Made by a program: the position numbers and the translations under genes. This document shows positions 46,701 through 57,686 of a stretch of 64,000 nucleotides of DNA, in pieces (positions within the stretch are counted from its first letter, which is position 1; every line of letters starts with the position of its first letter). Source of the DNA: Magallana gigas (taxonomy: Eukaryota); the NCBI RefSeq assembly GCF_963853765.1, contig NC_088857.1, positions 38,812,001-38,876,000 of the forward strand, written 5' to 3'. Below the pieces are notes generated by a model. That model was not told where the DNA came from. It did not search any database and was given only the letters and a program-made list of their open reading frames with translations.

Positions 46701-48340
46701 TTTACTTTGGTAGTGTTAATGAGCCTTGGTGAACATATAGCTGTCGAAAATACATGCAAAATACTAAAAAAGTCCTTCCTATTGAGCATACTCATTCTCC
46801 ATTATTACCATTATGTACATACTATAGAATCTATAGTATACATAATGATAATAATGATGTAGTAGTATTGATGTATTTAACCTATTAAACAATACTTACT
46901 GTTAAAGCTTCCTCCAGACAATGGCCTCCTCTTGCCATGTGAACTGTGATCCAGGTGACCTTTGATCCTCAGCTCCTGAGACATGCTTCTAGGCAAAATG
47001 ACTCCAGGAGGAGCTAACCCATGACTCACCATGTGGTACTGCTCACGCAATGTTTCCATCTGACCAATATATTGTCTAGTTATAGTGTTTGTCTTGACAG
47101 TCTTTCCCTTCATTATTTCCTCCAGTTCCCGATACTTCTGTTGTAGCCTTTCTTCAATAAATATATCCGGATTTATTTCCATTGATTTGAATTTCCTAAT
47201 TTGTTTTCTCTTCAAAAGTTTGCCTTTCTTCTGGCCTGAGGGTGGCTTTTTCTTGCTGCTACCCCCACCAATATCACTCATCGTGTCCTTATCTTTAACT
47301 TTCATTGAACGAACTGGTAGACTTTTCGTTGTTGATTGTGATGGCTCCTCAGGAGATTTGGATCTTAATGTTTCTAATAAGGCTGATCTAGACCTTGACC
47401 TTGATCTAGATCTTTGTCTTGATCTGGGTCTTTGTATGGGTCTGGATCTAGATCTAGATCTGGATCTTTGTCTGGATCTGGATCTTGAACTCGAACTTGA
47501 ATATGACCTTGATCTAGATCTTTGTCTGGATCTGGATCTGGATCTAGATCTTGAACCAGAACTTGGTGATTTCGGTGAATATCTGTAACTGCTACTAGAA
47601 TTAGAAAATGACCTTGATCTAGATCTTGACCCGGATCTGGATCTTGATAGAGACAGGTTTCTTGATCTGTCACTAGATGGGGAAAATGACCTTGATCTAG
47701 ATCTTTGTCTGGATCTTTGTCTGGATCTGGATCTAGATCTGGATCTAGAACTTGGTGACTTCGGCGAATATGACCTTGATCTTGATCTTATAGGCTCCTT
47801 TGAATCTTTTCCATTAGACCAGAAGCTGGATGACCCGGAGTTAGATCTGGATCTATTTTGAGAACTAGCTTTAGGAACAGAAATAGACTTGTAAAAGTTC
47901 TGGCTTAGTTCCTTTTCTTTCTTGTCATTTTTAGACTTTCTGGTCCTTTCTCTTCCTCTCTCTTCAAAACCATTTTGATTAACATCTCCATTGGGTTTCA
48001 TCTTTTTGTCTTTATCAGATGTTTTCCTATAATGGAATGAAGTACGGTATGAATTAATAGCATTTAGGTCTTTTTTCAAATTTTCTTTCAAATTTAAGTA
48101 GCAACATGACTCAATTTAAAGGAAACAACTTATACCACTAAACTATGAATTATGTTATTTGTTGGTAGTTCATGAACATGTATGTCAAGAAGTGCTAATT
48201 GAAAAAACAACACACTTTGTTTTACTTTCTGCTGTTTCCCCCTTTTCCTCGTCTGCAAGCACCTGATCTCTCACAATCTGTTCCAGTATATTGAGCGTTC
48301 GTTTGGATCTCTTGGAGTGTGAAGCTTTCACATTTGACAT
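43731..48340 (-). CDS. Large low-complexity protein (~1175 aa): N-terminal RS-rich region, charged coiled coils with MAP9/CCDC34/CCDC181-like W-containing motifs, acidic tail; 3 coding exons
   Basis: Phase-consistent join 48340-48216 (ATG, MSNVKASHSK...; weak GTGTGT donor), 48026-46900 (RS repeats; GTAAGT donor), 46006-43731 (LREWLKKKDK, YKKWAEQKNKE, SYDQWVTQKRKQ; 3 copies of ETKGEKE). An acceptor at 48362 implies an upstream non-coding exon. Confidence 0.75.
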
Positions 48341-49830
48341 TCTCCAATGTAGAATAAACTACCTGATGAAGAAGAATGGTCCCATGATCATGCAAGAATT
48401 ATTATTTGTATGGATTCATCTCTCATAATTTAAAATTCAAAGCTTAAGATCAATGAGTTTTACTGTTCTTGTTTATTAAACATTATATATTCATTACTAA
48501 TACACTATAAAATAAATTGCTGTAATTTTTTTTTATCAGTCCTATCTATGGATTTAAAAATAACTACTTAGATAATAGCTGAAAGAAAGACGTACTTATT
48601 GCTACTGTGATATTTACAATTTTGGTACTATATAATTTGTTAATTAATAACAATAATACAAATCATGCATCTTAAGAATTTCCATTAAATCAATTAGTTT
48701 TAAATTTAATCGGCATGCCAGCACACTATAATTCTAATCTAGGTCTTGTCAGCAGTTTAAATACCAGATCTTCTGATACAATTTATCAACACCGAATATT
48801 TAAAAAAATACTACTACTGCTACCATTCCCTCCCTTAAAAATCTTGTCAATTCTTATCCAATACAAAGATCTTTGTTATGCATATTTAATAGATCTCACT
48901 GTTTGTGCGCTTAATAAATAAGATCAAATTATCAAGCTTACAGAAACTGTCAAAAGATCAGTTTGCAATAAATATATCCAAGCCATGAGCAAATTTTTAA
49001 AAGAAACAGAATAACAATATAAATTTTAGGTGTGTTTGCTTTTCGAGATTTCAACTAACTGAATATATTCTATTCCATGCTCATTTTTCTGTTGCTGAAA
49101 AAGCTACATTATGTAAATAGAATTTTAAAATTCCAACAAACAAAATCTCCACACTGCAAATATATGTTTGTATATATAAAGGTGAATGAATAGATTTAGC
49201 TGGCAACAATTCTCTCTCCTCATCAAACACTTGTCCCTTATCCTTAATCCCCCCCCCCCCCAACACCTTGCTCTTAACCTACCCCAGAACACACTGCAAA
49301 CACACAAAAATATGGGAGGTAATATTTCAAGTTTGTTAATAACAAAGAAAGCAATACCATTGACTGTAAGCTTAGAGTATGGGTATCCATGTGACATAAT
49401 TAGAATAACTTTGTACTTAAAACTAGTGAGCATATAACGTTTATCAAAATTCTTAAAAGGTCTGTATTTAGATTTCATTTAAGTTTAATCAGTTCTATTG
49501 TACTCTCTATCTGCAATGGATATTACAAGTGATAGCTAGCTAGCATATCCAGATCCAAAAGAAATCCCCTACAATCATTGTTTGCGAGCTATTGAGGAGT
49601 GTCAGTCGAGGTATTAACTGGATTCATATTTTACAAAGTGTACGAAAAATTACAATAAATACGATTTTAATGCATACTCATTTTAATCTTAAAAGATATA
49701 ACATGATCTGTATCCACTTGTTCCACCTTTGTTTGATAAGCAGTACATGTATTGCAAAGTTGTTCTGGATACAATATTTCTTGGTTTCAGAAGCAGTAAT
49801 TCTGAACGTCTTTGACTAATATTGCAAGTA

Positions 49831-50008
49831 CAGTAAAACATGCTTGTAACGAAGTAGCAGGGACTGGTGATTTAACTTTGTTATAAGCGTAATTTTATAT
49901 TCGTCAAATTTACAACAAGTAATTAAGTCTTGTGGAATGAAATACACTTCGCTGTAAGCATCAATTCATTTTAAGCATGTTCGTTCTTAATGCAACCTTA
50001 GTTTACTG
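49831..50008. mobile_element. Tc1/mariner-type (TA target) MITE, decayed copy
   Basis: TA-CAGTAAAACATGC ... GTTTACTG; homologous to 36648-36826. Confidence 0.6.
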
Positions 50009-50453
50009 GCTTACTTAATACAGATCATTTTATTAATAATATACTAATCTAATGACAAACTCAAATCACAAATGAATCAAAATGCTCATCATTTCTATTA
50101 AAATTTGTCTTTGACTGAACCTGACTGCAAAAATTAGTAAGAAATTTTAGCTCGATTAATTGAATCATTAATACAGCTTGAATAATGTTTTAGTCTTCTG
50201 CCACCAGCCTTTCATAAAAATCGATTAAAGCAACAATAACTTGATTAATAGACTTTAAAAAGTTAACTTAATCCCATTATTATTACAAACCTTAGTGTAA
50301 TCCTACATAACATGCACTGTAATTTTAAAATTAATGGCAGATAAAGTAAATTTCCAATACACTATGGGCAAACTTTTTATTTTATCAAGCAGCTGCTTTA
50401 TACTTAAAATGCAGAGGAAAATGGTCGCCTGAGAGTCTATAGGCATGAAATTA

Positions 50454-50467
50454 GTTGTCATGGCAAC
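50454..50467. promoter_or_regulatory. RFX-binding X-box
   Basis: GTTGTCATGGCAAC matches the X-box consensus GTYNCY-AT-RGNAAC; lies in the divergent region between the coiled-coil gene and the TEX52-like gene. Confidence 0.6.
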
Positions 50468-51025
50468 TACAACATACTACTACACCACAATACAATTAAC
50501 TCTCCAGCCACCTCATTTTCAACTCCAAACGAAGAAATTTCTAATCAATAATCATCCAATATCCATATGTACAGTATAAAAGGGAAAAAACTGTTCTTCA
50601 ATGCCATCACATTATGATTAATTTTATAGAAACATGCCATTGGCATTGCTCAGAAAATAGTTCAAAGTTTTAAATATGCATTGTCTTGCACTAATTAATC
50701 ACCTTTCACAATAGCTTAATAATCTGATGAACCCTGGTGCTATGGCTAAATAATGTATTTACCAGTAACACATTCAATTCCTTTCTTTAAACTCTAAAAA
50801 TAATTTTTAAAACTGATCATTTGCACGGAATGTTGCAGTTGCATTTGTTATTCTAACATTCTTTATTTTTTTAAAGGAGCCTCCAATCATTAATGAATAA
50901 TTAATGATTTAAATTCTTTGCATAATGTATAATACAGCTTGTACGTTTTGTTCATTGAGATCTGCATTCTTTAAATCAGTTTTTAAAGAGGAAAACAATT
51001 GAATAAACCAATATCTCCTAAAGTA

Positions 51026-51193
51026 CAGGGTTGTCTCTGAGACCCAGGGGGGCGGGGAATTCCCCCGCTTATAATTACTTACTTACCCGGCTATTATTGC
51101 ATTCCAAACACAATCTAGCTATAAGCTAGACCCCCAGACCCCCATCTACTTATTTACTTCTTCCTTCTACTTCAATTTTTAGAGACAACCCTG
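51026..51193. mobile_element. 168-bp Tc1/mariner-type MITE
   Basis: Perfect 13-bp TIR CAGGGTTGTCTCT / AGAGACAACCCTG with TA on both sides (51024-51025, 51194-51195). Confidence 0.8.
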
Positions 51194-51424
51194 TAAGTAT
51201 GTCTTACAGATTAATCAACACTCCTTAACGTGCAAGCTGTCACTATAGTTGGTCTAATCATAGACACGTACAGATATATTGGGTCTAAATAAAGAATTGC
51301 TCTACATCATGCTTGTAGAAATAATACCATCTCAATTTTCTTAGCTTCTTATTGATATTTATTGAAATAGAAGAGGATGGGATAACAATTGATTACATTT
51401 CCCCTCTTTTTCAAAGGAAAATGG

Positions 51425-51568
51425 AATTATTGTCTGAGTATTATGAGGTGATCAAATATAGTCAGGTATGATCAAATCCATTAGTTTAAGCCTGATGGGC
51501 TAAATGATAGATTTGATCAAGCTTGACCATATTTGATTACCTAGCTCATAATATTCAAAGAATGATTC
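51425..51568. repeat. Foldback (imperfect palindrome) element
   Basis: Arm GAATTATT...TATTATGAGGTGATCAAATATAGTCAGGTATGATCAAATC vs GATTTGATCAAGCTTGACCATATTTGATTACC...CTCATAATA...AATGATTC. Confidence 0.6.
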
Positions 51569-52267
51569 CTTAGTAATATATATATATATAAATTTCAGCA
51601 ATTGTATAATTAAAAATAGTCATTGATGAAAAGTATTGGACTATGTATTACAAAATTGATTTGTATAGTGTTATACGCAGACAAAGACACTGAAAAATGC
51701 AAATATTTGTTAATCAAATAAATTGAACATATTACACTGTACAAATGGGTCCATTCAATGTTAATGTAATTTGTTCATGTAGGTTTTATGAAATATAAGA
51801 TGTCTTTATACTACCAGTTCCTTACTAACTGACTCGAATGTCAGCATGCAAGTAATTCAAGTTCTATATAAAAATCCTAATATTACATGTTATTAATAGG
51901 GTGAGATACATGCACATAATAAATTCCCTAATAGTTAGACCTGTATGTTGAGCCACTATGAATTCATGATTAAAGTGAATAGACAATATTAAATTACCTT
52001 GTTCATTTATGGGGTGAACACAATCAAGGGGAAATACTCTGCTGGTGTATGAAAACATTCAAGGGGAAATACTCTGGTTAGGTGATTCATACAATAGAAA
52101 CAGTCTCCAAAGCAGTGAAATCAGACTACGTATATAACTAATTGTTCCGGCTTTTAAGATCAATTACTCATGGCAGAAACAAACATTTTTAGGGGGTGTT
52201 TTGAGGTCCAGGGATTAAAATTGAATGATATCATTAGTTCTAAATCAAAAAAAGGAGGACTTCTACA

Positions 52268-52271
<4 letters not shown>

Positions 52272-52323
<52 letters not shown>

Positions 52324-52376
52324 AGAGAGAGAGAAGGAGAGAGAGAAGGAGAGAGAGAAGGAGATAGAGAGAGAGA
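52272..52376. repeat. (AG)n / (AAGGAGAGAGAG)n compound microsatellite
   Basis: Directly visible. Confidence 0.95.
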
Positions 52377-53239
52377 TTATTATCTTGTTTAAATCACATA
52401 CTATATTACACATGCACCTGATGTTATATGGGTTTTTTTTTTCATTATAAAAATATATACCTGGGGTCTGCCTATTACTATAGGTGGAGGGTATATATTT
52501 TTATTATAAGGAAAATAAACGGTGCAGGTGTCTGTGTATTACTATTTGATAATCTAATGTTCGTTATAATCATCAATCAGATATTCATTCGTGAATTCAT
52601 GCATTTATAAGTATAATATACACATGCATGTATGTCATAATTTTAATACTGAGTATAATGATCAGCGTTTCAAATTGACACTAGCCTACGCATACACAAA
52701 TGATACATGTGTCAGTCTATCAACATACCGAACCACGTGAAAATTCTACTTGTCAAGCAAGTTTCAACTCGAAGATCTTACTCTGAAACAATGTAAGTAA
52801 TTCCAATGTATTTATCATTCAACATGTATGGTCATCTTTAATAATAACCCGATGTTTTGTTCAGGTTTTTTTAATTAATAGGATACTTACATTTTATCTG
52901 GTTTGCTTCCATTGCGCCGTTACTACATGAAACTAGATGTAAATAATCCATTGCAATGCCGACAGACTCGTGTTTACAATGCTCCGGTGACTGTTGACTT
53001 AATTTTACACACACCCTGTGTTTATACTGGTAAAAGTATTATATCTTTTTATTCACTTTTTCAAAAATAAAGTTAAGAAATAATGTTACAAGTAGAAAAA
53101 TATTTAAATCTTTTTCTTGCAAAATGTTTTATTGCCAAAGCGGGTTTTTAAGTAAAAACACTTTGTTTTAAATCAATCATACGAGGGAGGTAAAAATAAG
53201 ACACAGCCAGGTAAACGTCTGCGAGAATGCACGAGACCA

Positions 53240-53310
53240 TAACTGTGTCATGACAACGTTGACACAAACCAATATGGCTGAATATATTTACATTTAGCAA
53301 TACAGGTAAC
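53240..53310 (+). promoter_or_regulatory. Candidate promoter of the TEX52-like gene: X-box-like motif, CCAAT box and possible first-exon donor
   Basis: TGTGTCATGACAAC (~53244-53257), CCAAT (~53269-53273), CAG|GTAAC (~53305); the coding exon is preceded by an acceptor-like tract near 54110-54121. Confidence 0.4.
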
Positions 53311-54131
53311 GTTAGCATTTTTTAATTTGTTTTAGATATTAGTTTTGATAGGAAGCAAAAATAATATAAATATGGATTTTTAAAAAAGAAACGCAAAGAG
53401 CAAGACAAGTGCGTTCAGTTATAAATACACGTGTTTACAGGAGCAGGTGCCCGCTAGATTACAATACAATAGGCATTTATAATTAATTATTAATCTTCTA
53501 ATTTGCGGAACCTGTGGTATTAGATGTTTATGTACTTTTTAAACCAAACAAGGTATTTAGATATATCAATAATTAATTAAACTGGTAATTAACCGTGACA
53601 TCTTACCCATGATATCCCCGTATGTATCCTTTCTCATTTGAAATCATATATGAATCTGGTTACCTGTATATCAATACATTTAGATTTTTTAATGTTAATT
53701 GTTGACTTTTGGGATAAGTTTTAATTTCAAAGACCATGAACACGCTCATATTTTGACGTTGGTGTAACAAAAGTTTTACAATAATTTCACAAAATATGTG
53801 AATTCTCATTTTTAAATTCTGAGAAATTTTTCTTAAATCATCATTACATAGCATCTTATGTTAATCAGTTTATATGCAAGGTACATAAATATTTTCTCAA
53901 AAACATTTATAAAAAAATATATTTTTCAATTTCATTATCATTTTTGATTATTGTCATAAAGTGTCAAGTGCCTGTGGTTCACCATAATTTACACGTATAT
54001 AGATATTAAACTCCTTTTAGCTATTAACAGTGTGCTTTATGTGTATATGATATAATTACTTATTCTATATGTACATGTATATATATTGCTTATAATATAA
54101 CTTTGATTTCTGTCAGTGTAGATTTTGAAGG

Positions 54132-55351
54132 ATGTCTGTGGTAGCAATGCCAACCATAGAAGAGAGGGAGAATCTTATGAAAGATAACCGGGTACCATTA
54201 TCTGGATTCAGTCCCCGGCCCATACAAAGACTAGCCAATAGGAAGCAGCCCAGATCTGTGCTAAATATCGAGTGTAATCACTTCTTACGGACAGAGACAA
54301 AAGACTTCACCCATGGGCATGCCCCCATGACCTATAAATTATGGATGGAGGCCGGTAAGCATGACCCTCCCTATCCGAACACCCCTGACCCAAATTTCAA
54401 CAGTAACGTGTGGAGAAACTTTCGTAAACAGTACGGATTCAACACAACTGCTGAAGGCAGGAAAATTTCTGAAGTGTTGGCTACTATGTATCCATTGAAC
54501 ATTCCTGCACCTTCAAAAGTCGGGGACCATACGTTTGAAAAGTACATCAGAGAAACAAAACTGTTTAATGACGAGAAAATAGCTTTTCTGGCAATGAATC
54601 GGACAAAGGCCGATGTGCAGGAATTCAAGAGGTTGCGTTGTCGAAGTGAAGCGAGGAACCCGCCTATTGACGAAAGTGGTGAGTAACTGCAAATACATCG
54701 CATATGTGCTGCACAAAGCTTTATCTTTTACCTTATCTTAAAGACACCACCCTTACTCCCGAATTATGTAATCTATATCAAAAGCATCCTAGTGATACAA
54801 AAAGGCACAAACATAGCTTTACTTTGTCTGAACTGTTTATTGGATAGTAAACCCTAATTATTCATTGATGCACCGCGTGCTCTATTATATGGTCTGACCG
54901 ACTAGAAACGTAAATATTTCACAATGCGAAATCAAAATGTTTCCAGTATAATTATCTCAGTTGATCCGACATTTACCAAAGCAGTTATCATACAATGCTA
55001 GGAGCAAGCAAAGTTTGTATATTACAGTTATATGGTCCATTAATATTTTGTTCTCAATATTTAATATTTTCAGGTAATATCTTACCTCCAGAGAACTTCA
55101 AGAAATACGAGCACCGGTTTGTACCTCCCCCGCCACTGCCTCCGACCCCACCCCCGTCAAACCAGAAGATTGACTCCCTGGGTCAGCGCTACATCCCCCG
55201 CTCTGAGCCCCACCTGTGGAAACTGTCTTACAAACTTTCACACCCCCAGTACGAGAGTGTTCGAAAGGAAATCAAGAGGAGACAAGAACTTATGAGGAAC
55301 CAACCCATTGGGGTCTCCCCCAAAACCTTTCCTTCTCCGCTGGTGCCATGA
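54132..55351 (+). CDS. TEX52: Testis-expressed protein 52-like (DUF4532), 274 aa, 2 coding exons
   Basis: Exons 54132-54678 (G|GTGAGT) and 55074-55351 (TTTCAG|G) join in phase 1. Motifs PDPNFNSNVWR and [28 protein letters not shown] match my recollection of vertebrate TEX52 ([37 protein letters not shown]). Confidence 0.8.
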
Positions 55352-56480
55352 AATTTTATTGCATGCGTATGCATGTTTTTATTTAAATAACTGTGATATT
55401 TTGGAAATACCGTTATAGATGATACTGATGGTCATTCTATACTTTTTGATTTAATTTTGATTGGAAGACATCATTATCTTATGTCAGACTACTAGGACTA
55501 ACAATTACATGCAAGTGCTCGACAAATGTCGTTCATCATTTAATGTTAAACCACCAAAAATATGCTATACACGGGATTTGCCTTATTTTCATAAACAATT
55601 TCTATGTTTGTATTATTTATCACTGAAAAAAAAAACCGTTGGCCAAAACTCTGCTAACCTTTATAAAATCTTTTGATCCTTCAATCTTTCGACTTTTTAA
55701 GGATCAAACGAAGGGTGTCGTAATAATGTCATTACATGAATGTAGACTGTGATATGGTACATGCATTTGATGCTTTATATTTTTTCATGATTATCTTAAT
55801 TTTGTAATGACGGCCTTTGAACTTTACGTGACGTGTATATGTATAAATGTAATCAGTATTTGGTATGCGCCAAAAATGTTGTGTATAAGTTTTGTATACA
55901 AAGCATTTCAAGAATTACTTCTATTCAAGTCGTAATGTATTTTCAAACGATAGAAAGACTTTAGATGTCATTTTTTGCGCCTATTTTCTGTTGTCATATT
56001 TTCTTGATTTGTTTTAAGCATTTGTTACTTTGGTTGTGCAATCACTGAATGTGTAATAAAATCTTAAAGAATTTTTCTTTCAATGCCTTTTGAAACTAAT
56101 ACATTTTCCTATAAACAATTGACTACATATAATACACGTACACTCTAAGTAATCAATTTGTGATATACAGACAACGTTTTCAGAGAATAGTATCATCTTC
56201 TTTATAGCAGCTTTCAATTTATTTATTGACGTACATATACTAGTAAACAGTTTTTTTTTTTGGTGTTTAAGTGGTTCAAGAAATACTAGTAGGGAGGGAT
56301 TAATTACTTATCTCGAGTCATAGCTTATTTTGTGGAAAAGCCTTCGGTACCAGTATTTACAAAGAAAACATTTCATGCATAGTAACACGATTTTAATTGA
56401 ACATATCTGTTCCATAACAAGAAAATTGCAACAAAACCTCCAAAATATTGTCGTCTACAGTAAAGTTATAAAATTTTCTT

Positions 56481-57686
56481 TCATTGAATATATTTGATGA
56501 TCTTGATTTTACCCGTTCTGAATTCGCCAACATACAGATTGTTGTTAATTGTGTTCACTTGAACTGCTCTTGGGTCTACCAGTCCGCAGCAGATAAACTT
56601 CATAAAATGACCATCTACATCAATACAGTGAATTCGATTATTTTCGGATTCTGCGATTAAGACTTGATGAAGCCGGTCTGTAGTTATACCGTGCGGAGAA
56701 AATTTATTGGAAGTCGAAGAATCCGTGTCCCCATGGTAACTATACCGGAAGTCGCCGACATTGCTCACCACCTGGACAGACCTATGAGCAGGTAGAGACA
56801 CACATATATCACCATTTCCATTTTCTGCTAAAAAGATGTCTCCTCCTTTGTGATGAAAAATAGCGTCTCCACTTTCGTCAAATTGAATTTCCTGTACAAT
56901 GGATTTACCGCTATATTGGATGATCTTGCACTGGTCATTATAGTGAACTGTCATACAAACCAATAAGTCACCAGATTTTGAGACACAAATGGCGCGCGGT
57001 GTCCATTCCTCCAATTTTAGTACTACATCAATGTCCCTGTTTGTTGAATTCAGATTCTGCTTTTTAATTGTTCTGTCTTTCCAATCACAGAAATAAATTT
57101 CTTGTTCATGAGTAACGTAAAGATCAGCTGGATATTCACCAGAAGTAACACTTAAACTATCGTTGATCTCACCGGAAAAATCTACACATGACATGGTGCA
57201 TTCGTACATAAAAGATGTCCATATTTTATCTGGATGACAAATACCAATGCGATCTAAATCTCCACTGTTTGAATCCAACTCCAACACAACTACTGGATCG
57301 CGAAGAAAATTGAACGATTGCGGAATATCACAATCACTGTTTGCAAAAGAGTCCAAACCACCCAATTCATCAGAAATGTCCGTGAAATCGTGATTTTTGT
57401 GGAGTCCAGATATAATGCATCTTTTACAAACAGGGATCTGGCATTGTTGACACCTCATATCGCAATTTTTTCCTGAATGAATGTCGCACATCGTGTTCGA
57501 ACCGTGATACGCGTACTCAACCATATCATGTGACCTATGACCCTGCGACACGTGACTTGGCATGCAGGATTTACAGAGCTTTACGTTGCAAGTGTTACAG
57601 TAAACCTTCACCACTCCTGTGGACATGGTACACAGTTCACACCGGACAGGCTCCTGGGCCATAACCAGCGACCTTGCGTGAGCCAT
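56481..57686 (-). CDS. TRIM-like B-box/NHL-repeat protein without RING or coiled coil, ~401 aa, single coding exon
   Basis: Likely start MAHARSLVMAQEPVRC just after an acceptor (TTACAG|G at 57694). B-box1 CELC..YCNTCNVKLCKSC..H, B-box2 CDIH..C..C..CQIPVCKRC..H..HDF, then NHL-type repeats (PRAICVSKSGDL, PHGITTDRLHQVLIAE, PRAVQV). A possible 5' UTR donor lies at ~58949. Confidence 0.88.
   Translation of the reverse strand: MAHARSLVMAQEPVRCELCTMSTGVVKVYCNTCNVKLCKSCMPSHVSQGHRSHDMVEYAYHGSNTMCDIHSGKNCDMRCQQCQIPVCKRCIISGLHKNHDFTDISDELGGLDSFANSDCDIPQSFNFLRDPVVVLELDSNSGDLDRIGICHPDKIWTSFMYECTMSCVDFSGEINDSLSVTSGEYPADLYVTHEQEIYFCDWKDRTIKKQNLNSTNRDIDVVLKLEEWTPRAICVSKSGDLLVCMTVHYNDQCKIIQYSGKSIVQEIQFDESGDAIFHHKGGDIFLAENGNGDICVSLPAHRSVQVVSNVGDFRYSYHGDTDSSTSNKFSPHGITTDRLHQVLIAESENNRIHCIDVDGHFMKFICCGLVDPRAVQVNTINNNLYVGEFRTGKIKIIKYIQ

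Noticed and set aside
47085-47673. ORFs rich in DLDLDL and DPDPD repeats
   Set aside because: Antisense and alternate-frame shadows of the RS-coding repeats (AGATCT/AGATCC units).
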